From positions 1,304,001-1,368,000 of the forward strand of contig JASTWF010000033.1 in NCBI GenBank assembly GCA_030390025.1: DNA of 64,000 nt, read 5' to 3'. Below are positions 49,577 to 61,115 of this stretch, in pieces. This DNA comes from Squalus acanthias. Lineage: Eukaryota. Position 1 is the stretch's first letter, and each line of letters opens with the position of its first letter. The translations under genes were made by a program, and so were the position numbers. The notes beneath the pieces were generated by a model that searched no databases, was not told the DNA's origin, and was given only the letters and a program-made list of their open reading frames with translations.

Positions 49577-52500
49577 TTCCTAGTGATTTCATTCTGGCCT
49601 AGTCCACATCTAATGCTGTTGTGTATCACTTCATTGCACTTTATTTCATTTCAATTCACTTCAAGACAGCCGGTCAGTCAGTGAGATACTGAAAATGTCT
49701 TTGTGGACTGTCTGACAATAAAAGCTGTCTGGGATCGTTGCATTCTTTTTATTCCACTCTACTCAAATCAAGACAAGGCAGGCAGGCTGGCAGGCACTGA
49801 GAGAGACACATGAAATCAAGACAACATGCAGAATAGAAATAAAAACAGAAAATGCTGGAAATACTCAGTATGTTAGGCAGCATCAGTGGAGATACAGAGA
49901 AACAGAGTAAATGTTTCAGCTCGATGACCTTTCGTCAGAACCTTGCCAGAAACTGAAAAAAGGTAATCGAGCTGAAACATTAACTCTGTTTTTCTCTCTC
50001 TCCACAGATGCTGACTTACCTGCTGAGTATTTCCAGCATTTTCTGATTTTATTTCAGATTTCCCACATCCACAGCACTTCCTTTTGATGCAGAATAGAAA
50101 GCCTGTTTCTGTAGGCCGCAAACTGAAAAGATAAAATACTGAAAACTGCTGTCTGTTTGCTTTTAAACTGAGAAACAGAGCAGAGCAATGATAGAAATCA
50201 ACATTCTTTCATTGCTGACAGTGATTTGTGGCAATTTTGCAGACTGGCCTGTGTGTGTGAGAGAGAGAGAGAGACAGACAGCAAAAGCTGGTGTGTATGC
50301 AGGAATTGTCTGTGTTCAAGTTATCTGCCATGTGCATTGGTATTGCATCTCATGTCTGAAAAAAACAGAAAGTATACACCATTAGATCATACTGATTTAA
50401 TTCCAGACTGCGCTGTGGTGGGATCTTACTTTGCCTTTCTTTCAAGAATTTAGTAAAAAGCAAATCTACATCTATAGATCAAGCCATTTGATATTTTTCT
50501 GGACTGGACTTTATTGGGGAATGTTTGTGGAGTGTTTCATGGCACATCCTGCTGTGGGATCTTAATCTCCCCTTCAGCCTAACTGAAACAAGACAAGAAA
50601 TTTGTTAAAGAAAAAGTATATATTATATTTTATTAATGATTTTCAGAATAATCCATTTGATTTTTTTCTGGACTGGGCTTTATTGAGGAATGTGCTTGGG
50701 ATGTTTTCAGAGCAAAAGCTGCTGTGCGATCTTTCCATTCATTTTATTAGACTCCAGGCAAACCACAGACAGGCAGACATTTAGTTAACAGAAGTAAAGT
50801 ATATATATTATTATTTATTCCTGATTGTATTTACTTCTTTTCTACCTCCCGGGCTTTCATTTCCTCTCGGGGACCCGGATTTCTGGGGCCTCGGCTTCAC
50901 TTTTTCCTGTTTGTTTGTCCTCATCAAACATTGACGCACAGCCAGGAAGGGGCATCATGAAAAATTTACACTCCCAAGCTGCACCCCTTTCAAAATTAAT
51001 GTGTGTGTGTGAGTTTCTGCAAATTGCAGAGTCTGTCTGAATGTGTGTGTCATGTTACTGTAAATTTGAGTTCAATGTGGGTGGGAGGGAGACTGTGTGA
51101 ATGGCAGACAGACAGTCAGTGAGAGTGAGAGAGACATGAAATCAAAAGGCAAGTAGCAGAATAGAAAGCCTGTTTCAGTAGGCCACAAAGTGAAAAGATA
51201 AGATACTGTAAAGTGTCTTTTTGGTTTTTATCTTCCAACATGGCAGTCATCCCTCTGCAGGCTGGCCAGGCTGTAAGTGTGTGTGTGTGAGAGAGAGAGA
51301 GGGCAAAAGCTGGTGTTTGTGTAAGATGTGGTTTGCTGTCTTATTACCTGCTGTTGTTGTATTAAACCCTATTGATTTCATTCTGGCCTGGTCCACATGT
51401 ATTGCTGTCGTGTATCACTTTATTGCACTTTATTTCATTTCACTTCCCTTCAAGACAGACAGTCAGTCAGTGAGATATTGAAAAATGTATTTGTGGACTG
51501 TCTGACAATAAATGTTGCTCTGGGATCTTTGCATTCTTTTTATTCCACTCTACTCAAATCAACACAAGGTAGACAGACAGGCTGGCAGTGAGAGAGACAC
51601 ATGAAATCAAGTCAACATGCAGAATATAAATGAAAAGAAAAAGCTGGAAATTTTCAGTATGTTAGGCAGCATCAGTCGAGATTCAGAGAAACAGAGTAAA
51701 TGTTTCAGCTTGATGACCTTTCGTCAGAACCTTGCCAGAAACTGACAAAAGGTAATCGAGCTGAAACATTAACTCTGTTTTTCTCTCTCTCCACAGATGC
51801 TGCCTTACCTGCTGAGTATTTCCAACATTTTCGGATTTTATTTCAGATTTCCTACATCTACAGCATTTGCTTTTGATGTAGAATAGAAAGCCTGTTTCTG
51901 TAGGCCGCAAAATGAAAAGATTAAATACTGAAAACTGTCTGTTTGCTTTTAAACTGCCAAACAGAGCAGATCTATGAAATAAATCAACTTTCTTTCATTG
52001 CTGACCGTGATTTGTGACAATTTTGCAGGCTGGCTGTGTGTGTGTGTGCGTGTGTGAGAGACAGACAGACAGCAAAAGTTGGTGTGTATGTAGGGCTTGT
52101 CTGTGTTCAAGTTATCTGCCATGTGCATTGGTACTGCATCTCATGTCTGGAAAAAAAACAAAGTTTGCTCCATTTTATCATATTGATTTAATTCCAGACT
52201 GCATTGTTGTGGGATCTTACTTTGCCTTTCTTTCAAGAATTTAGTAAAAAGCAAATCTACATATATACATCAAGCCATTTGATATTTTTCTGGACTGGAC
52301 TTTATAGGGGAATGTTTGTGGAGTGTTTCATGGCACATCCCGCTGTGGGATCTTACTCTCACCTTCAGCCCAACCCAAACAAAACAAGACACTTAAAAAA
52401 AAGGTAGATATGATATTTTTTAAAAATTATTTTCAGAATAATTCCTTAGATTTTTTCTGCACTGGGCTTTATTGGGGAATGTGCTTGGGATTTTTTCAGA

Positions 52501-55500
52501 GCCAAACTGGCTGTGCGATCTTTCCATTCATTTTATTACACTCCAGGCAAACCACAGACAGGCAGACATTTAGTTAACAGAAGTAAAGTATATATATTAT
52601 TTTTTCCTGATTGTATTTAATTCTTTTCACCCTCCCGGGCTTTCATTTCCTCTCGGGGACCCGGATTTCTCGGGGCCTCAGCTTCACTTCTTCCTGTTTG
52701 ATTGTCCTCATCAAACATGGCCGCACAACCAGGAAGGGACATCATCAACAATTGACACTCCCAGGCTCCGAATTTTTCAAAATAATTGTGTGAGTGTGAG
52801 TTTCTGCAAATTGCAGAGTCTGTGAGTGTGTATGTATGTGTGTGGGTATCTGTGTGTCTGCCAATTGCAGAGTCTGTGTGAGGGTGTGAGTGATAATGTA
52901 AATTTTAGTTCAATGTGGTTGGGAGGGAGACTGAGTGAGAGACAGACAGACAGACAGTCAGTGAGAGAGAGAGAGACATGAAATCAAAAGCAAGTTGCAG
53001 AATAGAAAGCCTGTTTCTGTAGGCCACAAAGTGTAAAGATAAGATACTGAAAGTGTCTTTTTGGTTTTAATCTTCCAACACGGCAGTCATCCCTCTGCAG
53101 GCTGGCCAGGCTGAGTGTGTTTGTGAGAGAGAGAGATGAGAGAGGGCAAAAGCTGGTGTTTGTGTGCGATGTGTTCTGCTGTCTTATTACTTGCTGTTGT
53201 TGTATTAAACCCCATTGATTTCATTCTGGCCTGGTCCACATGTAATGCTGTCGTGTATCACTTTATTGCACTTTATTTCACTTCACTTCACTTCAAGTCG
53301 GACAGTCAGTGAGTGAGATGCCGAAAAATGTCTTTGTGGACTGTCTGACAATAAAAGCTGCTCTGGGATCTTTGCATTCTTTTAATTCCACTCTACTCAA
53401 ATCAAGACAAGGCAGACAGGCAGGCTGGCAGGCAGTGAGAGACACATGAAATCAAGACAACATGCAGAATCGAAATAAAAACAGAAAATGCCGGAAATAC
53501 TCCATAGGTTGGGCAGCATCAGTGGAGCTACAGAGAAACAGAGTAAATGTTTCAGCTCGATGACCTTTCGTCAGAACCTTCCCAGAAACTGACAAAAGGT
53601 AATCGAGCTGAAACATTAACTCTGTTTCTCTCTCTCTCCACAGATGCTGCCTTACCTGCTGAGTATTTCCAGCATTTTCTGTTTTCATTTCAGATTTCCT
53701 ACATCCACAGCATTTGCTTTTGATGAAGAATAGAAAGCCTGTTTCTGTAGGCCGCAAAATGTAAAAATTAAATACTGAAAACTGTCTGTTTGCTTTTAAA
53801 ACTGCCAAACATAGCAGACAGTGATTTGTGGCAATTTTGCAGGCTGGCTGTGTGTGTGTGTGTGTGAGTGTGCGACAGAGAGAGAGACAGACAGCAAAAG
53901 CTGGTGTGTATGCAGGGCTTGTCTGTGTTCAAGTTATCTGCCATGTGCATTGGTACGCCATCTCATGTCTGAAAGAAACAGAAAGTTTACTGCATTTGAT
54001 CATATTGTTTTAATTCCAATTGTTTGTGGAGTGTTTCATGGCACATCCTGCTGTGGGATCTTACTCTCCCCTTCAGCCCAACACAAACAAGACAAGACAT
54101 TTGTTAGAGCAAAAGTATATATTATATTTTTTGATTGTTTTCAAATAATCCATTTGATTTTTTTCTGGACTTGTCTTTATTGGGGAATTTGCTTGGGATG
54201 TTTTCAGAGCAAAAGCTGCTGTGGGATCTTTCCATTCATTGTATTACACTCCAGGCAAACCACAGACAGGCAGACATTTAATTAACAGAAGTAAAGTATA
54301 TATTTTATTTAATTCTGATTGTATTTACTTCTTTTCACCCTCCCGGGCTTTCATTTCCTTTCGGGGTCCCGGATTTCTGGGGCCTCGGCTTCACATCTTC
54401 CTGTTTGATTGTCCTCATCAAACATGGACGCACAGCCAGGAAGAGACATCATCAAACATTGACAGTCCCAGGCTGCAAATCTTTCAGAATAAATGTGTGT
54501 GTGTGAGTTTTTGCAAATTGCAGAGTCTGTGTGAGTGAGTTTGTATGTAAGTGGGTGTCTGTGTGTCTGCAAATTGCAGAATCTCTGTGTGTCTGTGTGA
54601 CATGTCACAGTAAGTTTTAGTTCACTGTGGATGGGAGGGAGAGTGTGTGTGTGAGAGACAGACAGACAGATAGCCAGTGAGAGGGCGAGACATGAAATCA
54701 AAAGGCAAGATGCAGAATAGAAAGCCTGTTTCTGTAGGCCACAAAGTGAAACGATAAGATACGGAAAAGTGTATTTTTGGTTTTAATTTTACAACATGGC
54801 AGTCATCATTCTGCAGGCTGGCCAGGCTGTGAGAGTCTCTCTTTGTGTGTGTGTGTGTCAGAGAGAGAGAGAGAGAGGGAGAGAGGGCAAAAGCTGGTGT
54901 TTGTGTGAGATGTGGTTTGCTGTCTAATTACCAGCTGTTGTTGTATTAAACCTTATTGATTTCATTCTGGCATGGTCCACATGTAATGCTGTTGTGTATC
55001 ACTTCATTGCACTTTATTTCATTTCACATCACTTCAAGACAGACAGTCAGTCAGTGAGATACTGAAAAATGTATACGTGGACTGTCTAACAATAAAAGCT
55101 GCTCTGGGCTATTTGCATTCTTTTTATTCCACACTACTAAATTCAAGACAAGGCAGACAGGCTGGCTGGCAGGCAGTGAGATAGACACACATGAAATCAA
55201 GACAACATGCAGAATAGAAAGAAAAAAAATGCTGGAAATACTCAGTAGGTTAGGCAGCATCAGTGGAGATACAGATAAACAGAGTAAATGTTTCAGCTCG
55301 ATGACCTTTCATCAGAACCTTGCCAGAATCTGACAAAAGGTCATCGAGCTGAAACATTAACTCTGTTTCTCTCTCTCTCCACAGATGCTGACTTACCTGC
55401 TGAGTATTTCCAGCATTTTCTGATTTTATTTCAGATATCCCACATCCACAGCACTTCCTTTTGATGCAGAATAGAAAGCCTGTTTCTGTAGGCCACAAAC

Positions 55501-58500
55501 TGAAAAGATAAAATACTGAAAACTGTCTGTTTGCTTTTAAACTGCCAAGCTGAGCAGAGCAATGATATAAATCAACTTTCTTTCATTGATGCCAGTGATT
55601 TGTGGCAATTTTGCAGTCTGGCCTGTGTCTATATGTGTATGTGAGAGAGAGAGAGACAGCAAAAGCTGATGTGTATGCAGGGCGTGTCTGTGTTCAAGTT
55701 ATCTGCCGTGTGCATTGGTACTGCATCTCATGTCTGAAAAAAACAGAAAGTATATACAATTAGATCATACTGATTTCATTCCAGACTGCAATGCAGTGGG
55801 ATCTTTCTTTGCCTTTCTATCCAGAATTTTGAAAAAGCAAATCTACATATATACAACAAGACATTTGATACTTTTCTGGACTGGACTTTATAGGGGAATG
55901 TTTGTGGATTGTTTCATGGCATATGCTGTTGTGGGATCTTACTCTCCCCTTCAGCCCAACACAAACAAGAGAAGACTTTTGTAAAAAAAAAATATATGTT
56001 ATATTTTTTAAATTATTTTCAGAATAACCCATTCGATTTTTTCTGATCTGGGATTTATTGGGATTGTTTTCAGAGCAAAAGCTGCTGAGCGATCTTTCCA
56101 TTCATTTTATTACAGCCCAGGCAAACCACAGACAGGCAGACATTTCATTAACAAATGTAATGTATATATATTATTATTTATTACTGATTGTTTTTACTTC
56201 TTTTCAGTCTCCCAGGCTTCCATTTCCTCTCGGGGACCCTGATTTCTGTGGCCTCGGCTTCACTTCTTCCTGTTGGATTGCCCTCATCGAACATGGCTGC
56301 ACAGCCAGGAAGGGACATCATCAGAAATTGATACTCCCAGGCTGCACCTCTTTCAAAATGGATGTTTGGGTGTGTCTGTATGTGGATGGGTGTCTGTGTG
56401 TCTGCCAATTGCAAAATGTGTGTTTGTCATGTTACTGTAAATTTTAGTTCAACGTGGGTGGGAGGGAGACTGTGAGTGGCAGACAGACAGTCAGTGAGAG
56501 CAAGAGGGACAAGAAATCAAAAGGCAAGTAGCAGAATAGAAAGCCTGTTTCTGTAGACCATAAAGTGAAAAGATAAGATACTGAAAAGTGTCTTTTTGGT
56601 TTTAATCTTCCCACACGGCAGTCAACTCTCTGCAGGCTGGCCAGGCTGTGAGTGTGTGTGTGAGAGAGAGAGAGTGGGCAAAAGCTAGTGTTTGTGTGAG
56701 ATGTGGTCTGCTGTCCCATTACCTGCTGTTGTTGTATTAAACCCTATTGATTTCATTCTGGCCTGGTCCACATGTAATGCTGTTGTGTATCACTTCATTG
56801 CACTTTATTTCATATCACTTCACTTCAAGACAGATAGTCAGTCAGTGAGATACTGAAAAATGTCTTTTTGGACAGTCTGACAATAAAAGCTGTCTGGGAT
56901 CTTTGCATTCTTTTATTCCACACAACTCAAATCAAGACAAGGCAGACAGGCAGTGAGAGAGACACATGAAATCAAGACAACATGCAGAATAGAAATGAAA
57001 ACAGAAAATGCTGGAAATACTCAGTATGTTAGACAGCATCAGTGGAGATACAGAGAAACAGAGTAAATGTTTCAGCTCGATGACATTTCGTCAGAACTTT
57101 GCCCGAATCTGACAAAAGGTAATCGTGCTGAAATATTAACTCTGTTTCTCTCTCTCTCCACAGAAGCTGGCTTACCTGCTGAGTATTTCCAACATTTCCT
57201 GCTTTTATTTCAGATTTCCCACTTCCACAGCATTTGCTTTTGATGCAGAATAGAAAGCCTGTTTCGGTAGGCCGCAAACTGAAAAGATAAAATACTGAAA
57301 ACTGTCTGTTTGCTTTTAAACTGCCAAACATAGCAGAGTAATGAAGAAATCAACTTACTTTCATTGCGGACAGTGATTTGGGGCAATTTTGCAGGCTGGC
57401 CTGTGTGTGTGTGTGTGTGAGAGAGAGAGACAGACAGCAAAAGCTGGTGTTTATGCAAGGCTTGTCTGTGTTCAAGTTATCTGCCGTGTGCATTGGTACT
57501 GCATCTCATGTCTGAAAAAAACAGAAAGTATACACCATTAGATCATACTGATTTAATTCCAGACTGCACTGTTGTGGGATCTTACTTTGCCTTTCTTTCA
57601 AAAATGTTGTAAAAAGCAAATCTACATATACATCAAGCCATTTGATATTTTTCTGGACTGGACTTTATAGGGGAATGTTTGTGGAGTGTTTCATGGCACA
57701 TCCTGCTGTGGGATCTTACTCTCCCCATCAGCCCAACTCAAACAAGACAAGAAATTTGTTGAAGAAAAAGTATATATTATATTTTTTAAATTATTTTCTG
57801 CATAATCCATTTGATTTTTTTCTGAACTGGGCTTTATTGGGGAATGTGCTTCAGTTGTTTTCAGAGCAAAAGCTGCTGTGCGATCTTTCCATTCATTTTA
57901 TTACACTCCAGGCAAACCACAGACATGCAGACATTTAATTAACAAATGTAATGTGTATATATTATTATTTATTCCTGATTGTTTTTACTTCTTTTCACCC
58001 TCCCGGGCTTTCACTTCCTCTCGGGGACCCGGATTTCGGGGGCCTCGGCATCACTTCTTCCTGTTTGATGTACCTCATCAAACATGGATGCACAGTCAGG
58101 AAGGGACATCATCAAAAATAGACAGGCCCAGGTTGCACCACTTTCAAAGTAATTGTGTGTGTGTGTGTGAGTGTGAGTTTCTGCAAATTGCAGAGTCTGT
58201 GCAAGTGAGTCTGTATGTGAGTGGGTTTCTGTGTGTCTGGAAATTGCAGAGACTGTGTAAGTGTGTCTGTATGTGCGTGGTTGTATGTGTTTTTGCAAAT
58301 TGCACAGTCTGTGTGAGTGTGTGTGTCATGTCACTCTAAGTTTTAGTTCACTCTGGATGGGAGGGAGAGTGTGTGAGTGAGAGACAGACAGACAGATAGC
58401 CAGTGAGAGAGCGAGGCATGCAATCAAAAGGCAAGATGCAGAATAGAAAGCCTGTTTCTTTAGGCCAAAAAGTGAAAAGATAAGATACAGAAAAGTGTAT

Positions 58501-60224
58501 TTTTGGTTTTAATTTTCCAACATGGCCGTCATCATTCTGCACGCTGGCCAGGCTGTGAATGTGTGTGAGAGAGAGAGAGAGAGAGAGGGCAAAATCTTGT
58601 GTTTGTGTGAGATGTGGTCGGCTCTCTTATTATCTGCTGGTGTTGTATTAAACCCTATTGATTTCATTCTTGCCTGGTTCAAATATAATGCTGTCGTGTA
58701 TCAATTTATTGCACTTTATTTCACTTCACTTTACTTCAAGACAGACATTCAGTCAGTGAGATACTGAAAAATGTCTTTGTGGACTGTCTGACAGTAAAAG
58801 CTGCTCTGGGGTCATTGCATTTTTTTTATTCCACTCCACTGAAATCAAGACAAGGCAGACAGGCAATGAGCGAGACACATGAAATTAAGACAACAGGCAG
58901 ACTAGAAATCAAAACAGAATGCTGGAAATACTCAGCAGGTCAGGCGTCGTCTGTGGAGAGAGGGAGAAACATAGTTAATGTTTCAGTTCGATGACCTGTC
59001 GTCAGAATCTTGCCAGAATCTGACGAAATGTCATCAAGCTGAATTAACTCTGTTTCTCTCTCTCTCCACAGATGCTGCCTGACATGCTGAGTATTTGCGG
59101 CATTTTCTGTTTTAATTTCAGATTTCCAGCATCCGCAGAATTTTGCTTTTGATGCAGAATAGAAAGCCTAACTCTGTAGGCCGCAAAATGAAAAGATAAG
59201 ATACTGAAAAGTGTTTCTTTACTTTTAAACTGCCAAACACAGCAGAGCAATGAGAGAAATCAACTTTCTTTCATTGCTGACAGTGTTGTGTGGCAATTTT
59301 GCAGACTGGCCTGTGTTTGTGTGTGTGCGTGAGAGAGAGACAGAGAGCCAAAGCTGGTGTGTATGCAGGGCTTGTCTGTGTTCAATTTATCTGCCGTGTG
59401 CATTGGTACTGTATCTCATATCTGAAAAAACAGCAAGTATACTCCATTAGATCATACTGATTTCATTCCAGACCGCACTGATGTGGGAGCTTACTTTGCC
59501 TTCCCTTCAAGACTTGTAAAAATCAAAGCTACATATTTACAACAAGCCATTTGATTTTTTTCTTGACTGGACTTTATCGGGGAATGTTTGTGGGAAGTGT
59601 CAGAGCATATCCTGCTGTTGGATCTTACTCTCCCTTTAATTCCCAACCCAACTAAGACAAGACAAGACTTTTGTAAAAACAAAGTATATATATATTATAT
59701 TTATTTTATTATTATTTTCAGAATAATCCATTTGATGTTTTTCTGGACTGGGCTCTATTGGGGAATGTTTGTGGAGTGTTTTCAGAGCAAAAGCTTCTGT
59801 GAGATCTTTCCATTCATTTTATTCCAGTCCACTCAAATCACCGAATGCAGACATTTCATTTACAGAAGTAAAGAACAAATGTTATTATTATTATTTATTC
59901 ATGATTTTATTTGCTTCTTTTCACCCTCCATGCCCATCTCTTGGGGCGTCAATTACCCCCAACATTCATTTCACCCCCTCCAATCCCCCAGCCCCTTTTG
60001 GTCCTGAGCTTCACACTCACTCACTCACAACAGGAGCCGAGCTGCCGAGCTGCAGCCGCCATTCCTTCCTTCCTTCCTCCCTGCACCATGTGCTGCCAGC
60101 CTGGGTATGTGTGAGCAGCAGCACTGCCTGTGAGCGGCTCCAGACAATGGCACAAAGCAGCGGGGCGGGACCCCATCCTGCAACACCAGTGGCGCCCATT
60201 TAAAATCACAGTCCACCGCAAAGC

Positions 60225-61092
60225 GCAATTATTCTGCAAAGTGCTATTCCATTGCAAAGTGCTATTATATTGCAAAGTGCTATTTCATTGCAAAGGACTA
60301 TTATATTGCAAAGTGCTATTCCATTGCAAAGGACAATTATATTGCAAGTTGCTATTCCATTGCAAAGGACAATTATATTGCAAGTTGCTATTTCATGGCA
60401 AAGGACTATTATATTGCAAAGCGCTATTTCATTGCAAAGGGCAATTATATTGCAAGTTGCTATTTCATGGCAAAGGACTATTATATTGCAAAGCGCTATT
60501 TCATTGCAAAGGACTATTATATTGCAAGTTGCTATTCCATTGCAAAGGACAATTATATTGCAAGTTGCTATTTCATGGCAAAGGACTATTATATTGCAAG
60601 TTGCTATTCCATTGCAAAGGACAATTATATTGCAAGTTGCTATTTCATGGCAAAGGACTATTATATTGCAAAGCGCTATTTCATTGCAAAGGGCAATTAT
60701 ATTGCAAGTTGCTATTTCATGGCAAAGGACTATTATATTGCAAAGCGCTATTTCATTGCAAAGGACTATTATATTGCAAATTGCTATTCCATTGCAAAGG
60801 GCTATTCCATTGCAAAGGACTATTATATTGCAAATTGCTATTCCATTGCAAAGGACTATTATATTGCAAATTGCTATTCCATTGCAAAGGACTATTATAT
60901 TGCAAAGTGCTATTCCATTGCAAAGGACTATTATATTGCAAATTGCTATTCCATTGCAAAGGACTATTATATTGCAAAGTGCTATTCCATTGCAAAGGAC
61001 TATTATATTGCAATGTGCTATTCCATTGCAAATACTATTATATTGAAAAGATCTATTCCATTGTAAAGTGTTATTCCATTGCAAAGGACAAT
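60225..61092. repeat. AT-rich satellite, 36-bp dimer of 18-bp subunits (CTATTCCATTGCAAAGGA/CTATTATATTGCAAAGTG)
   Basis: TTGCAA or TGGCAA recurs every 18 bp. Confidence 0.95.
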
Positions 61093-61115
61093 AATAAAAT
61101 TATATAAATTTACCG

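Larger units (their letters stand above)
45230..59930. repeat. Macrosatellite: about 8 tandem units of ~1.7-1.87 kb (first unit internally deleted, third unit enlarged by two LTRs)
   Basis: The marker CCCAGGCTGCA and its variants recur near 45230, 46255, 48100, 50970, 52760, 54465, 56335 and 58127. Units are collinear but visibly diverged. Confidence 0.95.

Noticed and set aside
45496..59682. Recurring short ORFs in the macrosatellite (e.g. MRPTETGFLFCIK...)
   Set aside because: Frames and stops are not conserved between units, and they are translations of the palindromic cassette and microsatellites. I also saw no tRNA, snRNA or 5S gene in the unit.
60130..61107. 325-aa Cys/Lys repeat protein
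   Set aside because: Satellite translation, open in multiple frames.
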